Shown here: in pieces, positions 44,992-57,057 of the stretch | Position numbering within the stretch: position 1 is the stretch's first letter | Layout of the letters: the number at the start of each line of letters is the position of its first letter | From: Histomonas meleagridis 2922-C6/04-290x | Lineage: Eukaryota > Protista > Parabasalia | NCBI GenBank assembly: GCA_020184695.1 | Contig: JAANOX010000061.1 | Span: 599,148 to 663,147, forward strand | Direction of reading: 5' to 3' | Length of the DNA stretch: 64,000 nucleotides | Made by a program: the position numbers and the translations under genes | The notes under the pieces: model-generated | Database searches by the model: none | Told to the model about the DNA's origin: nothing | Seen by the model: the letters and a program-made list of their open reading frames with translations, nothing else

Positions 44992-47740
44992 TTATTGTTT
45001 AAGTAATTTAACTATTTCTGTATGTCCATTTTCAGATGCATACATAAGTGCTGTATTAAATAATTTAAAGCATTTCCAAATATTATTTTGAAATATAAAA
45101 TTATTAAAATAAATTCTAAGTAAAATAAATAAATATCTTTAGCATTAATATCAATTCCTTCTTGTTCAAGAAGTAATTTGACTATTTCTGTATGACCTTT
45201 TGAAGATGCTAAAATAAGTGCTGTATTAAATAATTTAAATAATTTCCAAATATTATTTTGAAATCCAAAATTATTAAAATAAATATCAAATAAAACAAAT
45301 AAATATCTTTAGCATTAATATCAATTCCTTCTTGTTCAAGCAGAAATTTAACTATTTCTATGTGCCCTTGCGAAGATTCTTGCACAAGTAAATTTCCAGA
45401 TAATTTGAATTAATCATAAACAACACAACTAAACATGAAATTAATAATTTAAATATTTGAAACATTCATGTCAATTCCTTTTTGTTCAAGAAGTAATTTA
45501 ACTATTTCTGTATGACCTTTCCAAGATGCCCACAGAAGTGCTGTATCAAAAATTTTAAATAATTTCCAAATATTATTTTGAAATAAGAAATTATTAAAAT
45601 AAATTTTATTTTTAGCATTAATATCAATTCCTTCTTGTTCAAGAAGTATTTTAACTATTTCTGTATGACCATTAAAAGATGCCTCAATAAGTGCTGTATC
45701 AAAAATTTTAAATAATTTCCAAATATTATTTTGAAATATAAAATTATTAAAATAAATATTAAATAAAACAAATAAATATTTTTAGCATTAATATCAATAT
45801 CTTTTTGTTCAAGAAGTAATTTAACTATTTCTGTATGACCTTTTGCAGATGTCCAAATAAGTGCTGTATTAAATAATTTAAATAATTTCCAAAATTTATT
45901 TTGAAATAAAAAATTATTAAAATAAATATAAAACAAAACAAATAAATACTTTTAGCATTAATATCAATTCCTTCTTGTTCAAGAAGTAATTTAACTATTA
46001 CTGTATGACCTTTTGCAGATGTCCAAATAAGTGCTGTATTAAATAATTTAAATAATTTCCAAATATTATTTTGATTTATCGTGTTTATTATTGATATCGA
46101 TTATATTATGTTCAAGAAGTAATCTAACTACTTCAATATGGCTAAATTCAGATGCAAAAAGAAGTGCCTTATCATTAATTTTAAATAATTTTCATTTAAT
46201 GTTTTGAAATATAAAATTAATGAAAAGAATAAATTTATCATTGTAATCTTTTCTATTTTTTCCAAGAAGCAATTTAACTACTTCAATCTTACCTTTTTGG
46301 GCTGCATAAGTAAGTGCTGTAAAATATTTTATTAAACATATTTTGAAAATATTTTTCACGAATATTAAATTATCAAAATTAATAGTGCTCGCATAGATGT
46401 CAACTTCCTTTTGTTCAAGAAGTAATTTGACTATTTCTGTATCACCATTTCTAGATGCATACATAAGTGCTGTTTCAAATAATTTAAATAATTTCCAAAT
46501 ATTATTTTGAAATATAAAATTATTAAAATGAATATTAAATAAAACAAATAAATATCTTTAGCATTAATATCAATTCCTTCTTGTTCAAGAAGTAATTTAA
46601 CTATTTCTGTATAACCTTTTGAAGATGCTAAAATAAGTGCTGTTTGAAATAATTTAAATATTTTCCAAATATTATTTTGAAATATTAAATTATTATAATA
46701 AATATAAAACAAAACAAATAAATACTTTTAGCATTAATATCAATTCCTTCTTGTTCAAGAAGTAATTTAACTATTTCTGTATAACCTTTTACAGATGCCC
46801 ACATAAGTGCTGTTTTAAATAATTTAAATAATTTTCAAATATTATTTTGAAATTTCAAATAAATGAAATAAATAAATAATATTACAAATAAAAATCATGT
46901 TCATTAACATTTGTAACTCCTTTTTTAAGAAGAATTTTGACTATATCGAGATATCCTTTCAAAGATGCCATAATAAGTGCAGATTGAAATGTTTTTAACA
47001 ATTTCCAAATACTATTTTGAAGTTCCAACATATTAAAATCAACTTTGTTCTTAATAAATAAATACCTTTAACATTGATATCTACATCTTTTTGTGCAAGA
47101 AGGAATTTTACGGTTTCTTTGTGATCATTTTCCCAATGCAAATATAAGATTTGTGTTAAGTGCTATGAATATTTTCCATAAGCGTTTTAAAAATATTAAA
47201 TTATTGTATTAAATATTGATACTAAGAAATAAACGCTTTTACTATTATTATCAATTCCTTTTTGTTCAATAAGTAATTTGACAATGTCTATATAACCATA
47301 TTCAGATGCATACATAATTGCTGTTTTAAATTATTCGAACAATTTCCAAATATTATTTTAAAACATCTAATTATCAAAATAAAAAAATAAAACAAAAATA
47401 ATTGAATATTTATAGTATTAATATTAAATCCTCCATGTTCAACAAGTAATTTGATGACTTCAATATGATTGTTTTTAGAAGCTGTTATTAATGCTATATC
47501 AAATTTTAGAAATAATTTCCAAATATTATTTAAAAATCCAAAATCATTAAAAAAAATTTTAAATAAAACAAATTAATGTTTTTAATATTGAGATCAATTT
47601 TCTCTTGTTTAAGAAGTAATTTCACGATTTCATTATTTCCATTTTCAGAAGCTCTAATAAGTGCTGTATTAAATATTTATATTATATTCCAAATATAATT
47701 TTAAATCATCAAATTCATAAAACATATTTTAAAAGTAATA
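44992..47740 (-). repeat. ankyrin-plus-spacer array containing both diverged and homogenised units
   Basis: Repeated reverse complement of ...GIDINAK(D/N)I-spacer-TALxxAS; spacer position is kept even in diverged units. Confidence 0.93.
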
Positions 47741-49021
47741 AAAAAATATCTTTTTCATTGATATTTATATCTTTTTGTTCAAGAATATATTTTACTAGTT
47801 CGACATTATCAGAACAAGAAGAAAACACCAAAATATCTTTTGGAATTCGATTATTTTCAATCAAATGTTTAGCAAGATAAAAATTCCCAGTTTTTGCTGT
47901 TTCATTTATAAATGAATTATCAATTTGATTATCTTTTTCTATAAATGAAAAAATTTCATAATTCCCACTTTTAACACAAATGTCAATTATTTTATTAAAA
48001 TTTTTTTCTCCAAATTTATTTGAAAAATTCGTGTAATTCATTAATTGTGATTGATGTTCATCTTGAGAATCTTCATAAAAATATTTAAAAATATCATTTC
48101 GATGAAATTTAATTGCGACCTCAAATAAATCGTCAAATGATGTGTGATTTTGTTCACATAAATGAATAATCTCTAAGTTTCCACCTGCTATAACATATTT
48201 ACCAATATCATTTACATTAGCGCCATTCATAAGTAAAAATTTAAAACATTTTATAGCAGAAAAATGCTGCAAAACCAATTAATGAAACATTTTCTTGATT
48301 AATAAACGAGTATCTTTCATAAAGTGATGGTTCAATTGTTTGATTAAAATCAAAATCTTCTTGCGATGATATTTCTTGAAGTTTTTCAACATCATCGTTT
48401 CGAATTATTTTTGCGATTTCATTAGGATTAACTCCTTCTTTTACTAATTGTTTATGAAGTTCGAAATCATTATTTGAAAGTTTGGAATAACTATCATAAA
48501 ATTTTCTAGAGAATGGATCATTTTGATTAATTTTTATTTCCTAATTCTGTCTTATAATGAGCAAAATATTTAGATTGAATATTTGATGTAATATTTTCAT
48601 TAATTAAATTTTCCATAATCATTCTTTCTATAAGAAAATATGCTTCTTGTGTTTCAATTTTAGAGATATATTTACCAAAGATATCTATTATTTTAATATT
48701 GTTTTTCTTTAATTCTTCTTCTTTCGATTGAATTGATTTTAAATATTTAAAATATAAATCATAATCATTCCTTAGAGAAGAAAATGCTGCATATACTAAT
48801 ATACAAACAACAATATTAAATGAATATACAAAATTAGGATCAAATATGTTCATTGCTTGATGAATTGATATATTGAAATTTTCTTCATTTAAGTTAAAAA
48901 TTATTTTTTCAAGTTCATTTAAAATTTGCATAAAATTGGTTTCAGCTTTGAGACATTCCACTTTATTTTCCGAATGATTTTCTGTCTGTGATGCATTGAA
49001 TTTTGTTTCGTTCTCGCACAT
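44992..49021 (-). CDS. DUF3447 + ankyrin-repeat gene 3, about 17 spacer-separated units; two frameshifts in the N-terminal part (possible pseudogene)
   Basis: ATG at 49021 (MCENETK); frameshifts near 48535 and 48262; DUF3447 motifs; array with older divergent units (46060-47720) and homogeneous units. Confidence 0.65.
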
Positions 49022-49598
49022 ATAGTATTTTAAAAGATTAACCTTTTTTTGTGATATGGGGTGCCCCAATCATTATTTTTTTTTTATTTTGTGTGCGTTT
49101 TAATCGTCTCTGAGTTCAGGAAACCTTTATTTTATAACGAAATTTGAAACCACGATGAAAATCATTCCAATACACCTCTACGGTCAAAACCGCTTTTCAC
49201 ATAAAAAAAATTGTTGTTGCGTTGTATACTCTTGTGTTTTGTCAAAACATATAGATTACTGAACATTTCAACTTTTTTTCTGTTGAAGATATTGTTGTAT
49301 TTAATTTGACACCTTTGTGAAAGTGATTCATGCATGAATATTCCGATTGTAAACGGTTAACTGTATGCTTATAACTTTTGCTATAACCCTTTAAATTACA
49401 TTTCCCTCGAGGAATTTCATGAATTTATTTTATATAATATATTTTGTTACATACTCTCTATTGTGATATGATTTATTTATTGAAAATTATCATGTATAAT
49501 AAATAAGATATATTCTTCATTGTGTTTATGAAGTTCAGCGTACCAAATTTAATATAATTTGGATTTGATGCTTCATATTGGCAACAATGAACTTCCGG

Positions 49599-49659
49599 CC
49601 GCCGGGGGCGGGGCCCCTAGGGTCCTCGTGATCATTCCCGACCGCATTATATACCTACC
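49599..49659 (-). mobile_element. solo terminus remnant of the element that begins at 61613
   Basis: Ends in GCATTATATACCTACC, the reverse complement of 61613-61628; 49599-49643 matches 61661-61705 with one mismatch; a GC island in AT-rich DNA. Confidence 0.8.
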
Positions 49660-49963
49660 TAAATTCAAATCAAAAGGTGCAAGCGATTGAGTTTTGATAC
49701 TTCAACATTAATATAACTCAAAATATAAGCACTCAGTCGAGATATAAATATTATGTTACGGCTTGGATAAAATTGCCTTTACCATTAATCTGAAATGCAA
49801 TTTTTTAATCGCCATTGATTTTCAAATTTTCAATTTTTATTTGGAAGAAATATAGTAAACAATAAATGCTACAACAAGAATTGGTCATACGTGCTATCGA
49901 TGATGTACATTTGTATTTTCTTTTACATTCATCAGTAAAATTACATTTTCAATTAGTTATTAT

Positions 49964-51016
49964 TTATTTATTCTGCTGTGGTTTTTGTTGTTTTGGGTTT
50001 TGCTTCTTTGTTTTCTTTGGTGGAACCGCTTTCTTTGGGTTCATTGATGCAATCATTTCGCCCGATATTTTCGTGAGTTCTTCGTTGCCTTTCACAGTCT
50101 CTGCGACTTTTTGCGTTGCGATAAATATCGCATTAGCGATTGCTTCTTTGAGAGACTTTTTGTCCATGGCCGCAAAGTCCGCTGTTGCAGCTTCAACATC
50201 ATTGTACTTCTTTTCGCCAAGTACAAATTCTCCATTTGCCTCAATCAAAAGAGCAAGTGATATGAAAATTGGATTATTGGAGATATCGTCTGTACAAAAT
50301 GCAGAGTTGGCCTTCTTTTTAAGAACAGCAAGGTCATCCTCGACGTAAAAATTGTTATTTAAGTCAAGACGCGGTTGATTTGGCTTGAGATTTAGAATAT
50401 CAAGCATTGGAATAATCACTGGGACATTATCGGGACTGAATTTTTCAATAAGAGAAAATTGAGCTTCGGAAGATACAGTTGTGATGACAATATCGGCTTT
50501 AAGATGGATCATTTCAGTGGCTTGTAAACATGGTGAAATGTATTTTGATGCGGTTTGTACTTCTTTGGAATTCTTTGGAACTTGTAATGTATTTTGGACA
50601 TCTTGGACACTGACTTTGATGGAGTTTTGAACCATATCAAAGAACATTTCGGCATTAAGTGAAAGTTCACTGGATTTAACAATTTCTATGTTTGGACCAC
50701 AAACGCCAAGTTCTTTGAGGATGGCAACTGCATAGTTTGAAGCGGTTTGAATAAGTTCATCATTTAAATTAAATGCAAGATTTTGTTGTGCTTTTATATC
50801 AGAAATAAATAAAATGTACTTGCCACCACATTCGGTAACTGCCCTTGATGCTGCAACATATTGAAGTGCTTGAAGATAATTAAAACGAACAGATGGTTCA
50901 AGTGGATGTATTGCAATAAAATCTTGTTTGCCAGAAAGCTTTTGTTGAAGCTTGTCAGCAATGTCTTTTTTAGTTGAAATAGACAAGAGTCTGTTGATCT
51001 TTTGTTGGATTTCCAT
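49964..51016 (-). CDS. tyrosyl-tRNA synthetase-like protein with degenerate catalytic motifs
   Basis: Co-linear with eukaryotic/archaeal TyrRS: LEPSVRFNYLQA (for FEPSGRxHIAQ), ISDIKAQ, YISPCLQATEMIHLKADI, FYVEDD...LKKKANSAFC. No HIGH-like or KMSKS motif. Confidence 0.8.
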   Translation of the reverse strand: MEIQQKINRLLSISTKKDIADKLQQKLSGKQDFIAIHPLEPSVRFNYLQALQYVAASRAVTECGGKYILFISDIKAQQNLAFNLNDELIQTASNYAVAILKELGVCGPNIEIVKSSELSLNAEMFFDMVQNSIKVSVQDVQNTLQVPKNSKEVQTASKYISPCLQATEMIHLKADIVITTVSSEAQFSLIEKFSPDNVPVIIPMLDILNLKPNQPRLDLNNNFYVEDDLAVLKKKANSAFCTDDISNNPIFISLALLIEANGEFVLGEKKYNDVEAATADFAAMDKKSLKEAIANAIFIATQKVAETVKGNEELTKISGEMIASMNPKKAVPPKKTKKQNPKQQKPQQNK

Positions 51017-51601
51017 TTTCTCTATGAGGTCAAACAAACATTCTCAAAATTATGCCATCGTTCTGTCGGGTTTTTAATTCAAATTTTAATTTTAATTAAC
51101 CAGCGCAACCAAAATTAATTACTTTTCTCTTCATTTGTTTTGATAAAAATATTTTAAATACACCAAACATATTGATAGGAATATAGAGATACATTTCATC
51201 ATGAGCATTAATTTTTAAAATTATGAATCAATAAATTTGTGATTTCTTAAGAAATTAAATATTTAATTTTTGTTTTTTTTTTTTTTTTTGTTTTGTTTTT
51301 TGACATTTTACTTAAAACAATATAGTTGTTTGTAAAATATTAAAAATTTGTTGACATGTTCTCGATGAATACAGGCAAAATATTTTCAACTTAATATTTA
51401 TTTCTTACTTCCTCTTTTTTAACAGTACACAAATGAAAAATTATCTATAAATTTTTTGCCTGTTTGTTGTTTGCTTTAATTATTGTGTTATTTTTAAGAA
51501 ATTAAATGATCTTTTCTGACAAAAAATTTGACAAGCTTTGCTCGAACACAACTGCAAATCAGCGGTTTGAACGGTTTGGTCTCTCCTTTCTTCACAGAGC
51601 C

Positions 51602-52087
51602 ATGAAGTACACCTACAAATCGAATGGTGCTCCAGTCCTTAAAGCTTGCACTCCAACTGAACGCGTTCACTTCAAGCCAATGTTCGAAACAGGCCGTGCT
51701 ATCAATGGAATGAAGGTTTCAAAGGCCCTTGCATATCTTGAGGCAGTTATTGAACACAAGCGTGCTGTTCCATTCTTCCGCTATAATGAAGGTATCCCAC
51801 ACCATGCTCAAGGCAAAGAATGGGGCTGCCCATCATCAAGATGGCCAGAAAAGTCTGCTAAGTTATTCATCAAGCTCATCAAGAATGCATTGGCAGGTGC
51901 TGCTCAAAAGCCAGAAATCAACGTTGACAATTTACACATTGTTCACGTTCAATGCAACTATGCAAGAATGTATCGTTACCGCCGCATTCATCAAGCACAC
52001 GGACGTGTTAAGTGCTATGCCTCCCCACCAACTAATGTCCAAATAGTCCTTGCTGAAAAGAAGGCTCCAGTTAAAGCAGCTAAATAA
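51602..52087 (+). CDS. RPL17: 60S ribosomal protein L17 (uL22)
   Basis: RVHFKPMFETGRAINGM, HKRAVPFFRYN, RWPEKSA, HGRVKCYASPP; first ATG at 51602. Confidence 0.95.
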   Translation: MKYTYKSNGAPVLKACTPTERVHFKPMFETGRAINGMKVSKALAYLEAVIEHKRAVPFFRYNEGIPHHAQGKEWGCPSSRWPEKSAKLFIKLIKNALAGAAQKPEINVDNLHIVHVQCNYARMYRYRRIHQAHGRVKCYASPPTNVQIVLAEKKAPVKAAK

Positions 52088-52347
52088 ACACAATCAAAAT
52101 TTAAAATCTTTTTCACATAAAACAATTTGGCTGATATTTTTTGGTTGCTGTGTTTTCTCCAATAAAGATGACTTTATAAAAATTAAATGAAATAATTATC
52201 AACAAAATGCCAAGTTTGGAAGATGTCATACAATTTTTACTGGATTGCTTTTAACAAACCTTAAATTTGATACCTGAACTGAAGCTTTTTTTATTCATTG
52301 CATGGAAAAGATTATTAATAAAATGGAACAAAAAGTGACAATTCCAG

Positions 52348-53052
52348 ATGTCTTCATATTCTCGTTCTATCACTAGATTTAGTCCAGATGGTAGATTATT
52401 TCAAATTGAACATGCTCATGCAGCAGTAAAACGAGGTACAACCGTTGTTGCTACGCAATCCAATGATATTATTGTAATTGCTGTTGAAAAATCAACAGTT
52501 GCTAAACTCCAAGACCCAAGTACATTTCGCAAAGTTATTCCTCTAGACGATCACATTATGTGTGCGTTTGCTGGCCTTCATGCAGATGCTCGAGTTCTTG
52601 TTGGAAAAGCACAAGTTGAATGTCAAAGCCACAGACTCACATATGAGGACCCAATTACAGTCGAACGAATTGCTCGTTATATTGCGACTGTTCAACTTCG
52701 ATATACTCAATCTGGTGGTGTTCGACCATTTGGTGTTGCTACATTAGTTTGCGGATTTGACTCCACAAATCAACCACATATTTATGAGACTCTTCCATCT
52801 GGTGGTTACACTGAGTGGAAAGCTCGAACAATCGGAAGACATGATCAAACAGTTATGGAATATCTAGAAAAACATCACAAAAACGAAATGAGCGACGAAG
52901 AAGCAATGAAGCTTGCCGTTGGATCTCTTCTCGAAGTTGTAGAAAATGGCGCAAAGAATCTTGAAGTAGCTGTAATGAAACGAGGTGAAACAATGAAACT
53001 TCTGGGTGAAGATGAATTGAGTTCACTGATAGATTCTATTAACAAAAAATGA
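52348..53052 (+). CDS. PSMA7: 20S proteasome subunit alpha type-7 (alpha4)
   Basis: YSRSITRFSPDGRLFQIEHA, AFAGLHADARVL, VECQSHRLTYEDP, YTQSGGVRPFG. Confidence 0.93.
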   Translation: MSSYSRSITRFSPDGRLFQIEHAHAAVKRGTTVVATQSNDIIVIAVEKSTVAKLQDPSTFRKVIPLDDHIMCAFAGLHADARVLVGKAQVECQSHRLTYEDPITVERIARYIATVQLRYTQSGGVRPFGVATLVCGFDSTNQPHIYETLPSGGYTEWKARTIGRHDQTVMEYLEKHHKNEMSDEEAMKLAVGSLLEVVENGAKNLEVAVMKRGETMKLLGEDELSSLIDSINKK

Positions 53053-53063
53053 ATGAAAATATT

Positions 53064-53451
53064 TTATATATGATATCCATAAACAACAACTGTACAAAGA
53101 ATGCTTCCCTCTTGGTACTTATAGACGCCGTAATCTGGTGTTAAAAAACAAATATACTATCAACGTTGCGTTCATAACGACTTGCATTTGCAAAATGAAG
53201 ACCTGCACCGCAGTTTTGAGTTATCACACCTGTAGTAACATACTTGAAGCGAGGACCCAAAACACTAAGTCTTCGAAGAATATCTTCAAAAATTGTAGAT
53301 AACCATTCTTGTGCTTTCTCAGCTGAATATTCTTTGTTCTTCAGAATTGCTTTGACGGAACTACCCATAATTTCCTCTATTTGCTGTTTGTTAAATGATT
53401 GCTGGAGTTAAAAATTAAAGATACGTCTAAGCTTTCGTCGAATACAGACAT
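53064..53451 (-). CDS. Tctex-1 dynein light chain (DYNLT-like), three exons: 53451-53425, 53401-53158, 53134-53064
   Basis: Splicing gives MSVFDESLDQSFNKQQIEEIMGSS...GAGLHFANASRYERNVDNYGVYKYQEGSILCTVVVYGYHI*, a complete Tctex-1 C-terminus. Confidence 0.9.
53135..53157 (-). other. 23-nt spliceosomal intron GTATATTTGTTTTTTAACACCAG
   Basis: Same architecture; removal restores the Tctex-1 C-terminal strands. Confidence 0.9.
53402..53424 (-). other. 23-nt spliceosomal intron GTATCTTTAATTTTTAACTCCAG
   Basis: GT-AG ends, TAAC branch-like motif adjacent to the 3' site; removal restores the frame from the ATG at 53451. Confidence 0.88.
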
Positions 53452-54397
53452 TCTTGAAAATAATCTTGAAAACACGTTAATCACTATTGACAATGTTTAG
53501 TAAACGTTTTTGGAGCACCCCAAATTTGTGCAAAATGGCTTGATCCATTCAAAAAGTCGTCTTTGTTCGCCCAAACAAACTATGGAAAATTGAATATTTT
53601 ATTATGTGATCACATAACTTCATTTTGTAATTCCAAGTTTTTCCATTCTATTACTGAAACAAATGTAAACGAGTTAGAAAATAATGTCGTATTAACTATA
53701 CAACAACGTGGTTCACCTTTTATTACTGTTGTCATTTTATTTGTCGAATTATCATATTATGTATATAGCGTTATTAATAACTCTTTAAGGTCTACAACTG
53801 ATTAAAATTATCAAATTACAAGATTTCTACAACTTTCTAAGTCACAATTCCGAATTTAAAAAAAATGCATTTCATTTATATAATTCTAATAAATAAGTTT
53901 CTCCACCTAATGTTAAAATCTTGATAACTATTCGACTAAAATATTATCCAAATTTAGATTTATCATATTTATAAATTCAATCATTTTTTTACAATTCAAA
54001 ATTTAAAAATAATCAATATTATTCTGGAATAACATTGGGATTCTCAACAAAAGTGAACATTATCAATAAAGTTCCAATTTTTCAGATTTTATTTCTCCTC
54101 TATTCATACATATTTACAATATAAATGTATTAAGAGTTGATCCAAATAGTTTAACATTCACCTTAAGACATGAACTGTAATTAGAATGTTATCATAGAAC
54201 AAATTGATTTTTTATCCTCCCATAAAATCATTGAACAAGTTGTATTTTCAACTCAAAAATTGAATACCCAACAACCTCACCACATTTAAATAAATATCTC
54301 AAAAAGATCTTTTAAACTCCCTGTCAAAATTTTGTCATTTGGGCAAATGTCCATCAAAAAGTGATTTGTTTGATTTTGAGAGAAAACAATTGGAATA

Positions 54398-55129
54398 ATG
54401 AGTTCCAATTGGGAAGATTTCACCAATGATGAAGATGTGGATATCAATCCCAATATGCCTTCGTTGCTTCCTTCTTCTTTAAGAGATGTGTGGGAAGACC
54501 CAGATTCTCAAACAAGCATTTTTTCTGAATCTCCGAAAAATCCCATAAATTATAACCTGGGCTCTCCACGTTACGACCATCGTCAACCAAATTACGTTGG
54601 TTCAGCACCAATTCATAATGGCTTTTCTCAAAATCAAATTAAATTCCAAGGGGAAATTCAGACTGAAAACAAGTTGTATGGTAATCAGTGTTATCAAGTA
54701 GAATTCCACCCAAGTCGTTCCGCATGGTTTTATGCTCCCCAGAAATGCAAGTTTAATATAGGAGATTACGTTTTAACAGAAGCAGACCGTGGATATGACA
54801 TAGGGAAGGTGGTTAATATTAAAAAGAGACCATCGGTAACAGATTCAAGGGCCAAAATGATTGTAAGGATTGCACATGAACATGAAATCAGCCAATTACC
54901 ACAAAAAGCAGAAAGTGAAAAGCGTGCCCTGGATTTGTGTCGTGTCAAAGCTGCAGAACTTGGTTTACCAATGGAGATAACTGGGGCAGAATTTCAATTT
55001 GATGGCAAAAAACTTACTTTTTATTATACAGCTTCAAGTTATATAGATTTTAGAGTTTTGGTTCGGACTCTCTTCAAAGTATTCGGAACCAGAATATGGA
55101 TGTGTTGTACATCTGAAATCAACAAATAA
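54398..55129 (+). CDS. PSP1 C-terminal domain protein
   Basis: GDYVLTEADRGYDIGKV, LPMEITGAEFQFDGKKLTFYYTA, IDFRVLVRTLFKVFGTRIWM. Confidence 0.92.
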   Translation: MSSNWEDFTNDEDVDINPNMPSLLPSSLRDVWEDPDSQTSIFSESPKNPINYNLGSPRYDHRQPNYVGSAPIHNGFSQNQIKFQGEIQTENKLYGNQCYQVEFHPSRSAWFYAPQKCKFNIGDYVLTEADRGYDIGKVVNIKKRPSVTDSRAKMIVRIAHEHEISQLPQKAESEKRALDLCRVKAAELGLPMEITGAEFQFDGKKLTFYYTASSYIDFRVLVRTLFKVFGTRIWMCCTSEINK

Positions 55130-56437
55130 AAGCTAGAAATAAACGGCAACAATAACTCAAAAATTTGTTAATTGAATGTTTTACAAACATTTAAAACTTT
55201 GAATTTTTATCGGACTCTCAATTTGAATCACATCATCAAAAACGTGTTTAGCGACCAGATATGCATTCAAATCAAAACTCCCAGAAAAAAACTGCTCGTT
55301 CAGAAAAACGTACTGACCAGATAATCACAGAAATAACCCACATCAAGACAGTGAAATTTTGGCGTTTTTTTTTTTGAGAAGAATTCGTGAAGAGATATTG
55401 GCAATATTAGTGAAGCAAAATACAACATGTTTGTTATTCTGTGAAAATTTAATTTGAAGATGCTCCCATGGGAGACGATTAATCTTTATCTGATTTTTAT
55501 TATTTTCATAAATTATCGTTCTTCTTTGATTTTTCGAGTGGGTACCAAGTGCTTTAAATGATATTTATTCACTTGGAAAAATTCTGGAATAAGTTTTTGT
55601 TGAAGAAAGCACTTTTCCATGCACAAAGGAACAGTTATTATGTTACGAAGGGATATTTAACGTAATGTGCTTTTCAATCCATATATCTTCTCGTTATATC
55701 TTTATCGAGAGTTCCAAAAATAAGTAGTATACTACAAATGTTACTGATCTTCCTAAGCATCAAATTACTAAACAATGTACATTTAGTATCACACCAAATG
55801 ATATAACAACGATTCCAATTTACATCAAAAAAATCCCTTATTTGGAGACCGTTAATTTTACAACAGATCACCTCATATTTGACATGTCAGAAGATTTTAG
55901 TTCACATATTTCACAAATTTTATTATTTTCCTGGTAAATTCTCATGGAAACGTTTGGTATCAATTCCAGAGAAACCCATTGCATTTGAATCAGCAATGTG
56001 ATATTATAATCTTCAAGAATATCCAAATAAAATCAAATATGCACTTGTAATATTGATTTATCATATATAGCTAAAAGAAAACAAGCTGGAGGCGTTTGGG
56101 ATGTTGTGCCTTTTTATAATACATTGGATAACAATGCTAACACATTAGCAAACTCTTGAAACATGTAAATGAAAGTAGCGAATATAACCACATATTGGAA
56201 ACAAAAGATGATAAAATTAGTAAAAAATGAATTGAAAATTTAATATTGACTTCAAACAATGGTCCCAAAAGTTAATACACATATTCTTTCAAAAATAATT
56301 TTTAATCATATTTAGAAATAAATATTTGACGAAAATGTTATAGTCATTGAGACAATGCAAAGTTTTATCGTTTCTTCATTATTAGCATAACCAATAAAAA
56401 GCAATACGACAAGGGGATTAAAGGAAGCTGCAAGTGA

Positions 56438-56514
56438 TTAGCAAAACAATACTGGGAGCTTCATAAGAAATATAATGAAGAAGGGCATAACCCAAATGAA
56501 GTTGCTAAAATAAT
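56438..56514 (+). pseudogene. relic fragment of the DUF3447-ankyrin family
   Basis: LAKQYWELHKKYNEEGHNPNEVAKII, compared with LSKNDWELHKQLIREGVNPNKIGKII. Confidence 0.55.
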
Positions 56515-57057
56515 CTTTAAAGTTTAAATTGTCTGAAGGAAAAATAGATAAATGTATAATTTTTTAACAAAGATTTAGTTAGAAACTTATTCTTATTTTA
56601 TCTATTCCACAAGTACTCTGAAGTTGTTTACCAAGTAAATGATTAAGCTATTATTCTTTGAAAGATTGAAATTAAATTTTCTTATCATTAAAAATTCTGA
56701 TCAATTTCAATAAAAACCTCATATTTGGTACATGCAACAGAAAAAAACAATGATACTCATTAAATACGTATAAATAAGTATACATATTCAAAGATAGAAT
56801 TTGTAAATTAGCAAATTTGTACTGATTCTAAATATCGAAAATGATATGTATCTTCTTCACAAATCGAATCATGCAGTTTATCTTTATTGTATATTGAGGA
56901 AATTTTGAAAATACGAACATATCATACATGTTATGGAATGCGATATTAATTATTCTCCATTTTTAAAATTAATTCTCTAGGGCCACATTATTGTTAACTC
57001 AACTCAGATTTCACATAACAATATTCCTATTATCATATCATTTTAAACAAACCAAAG

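Noticed and set aside
55200-56400. Possible decayed transposon or gene relic
   Set aside because: Only short broken frames with no motif I can assign.
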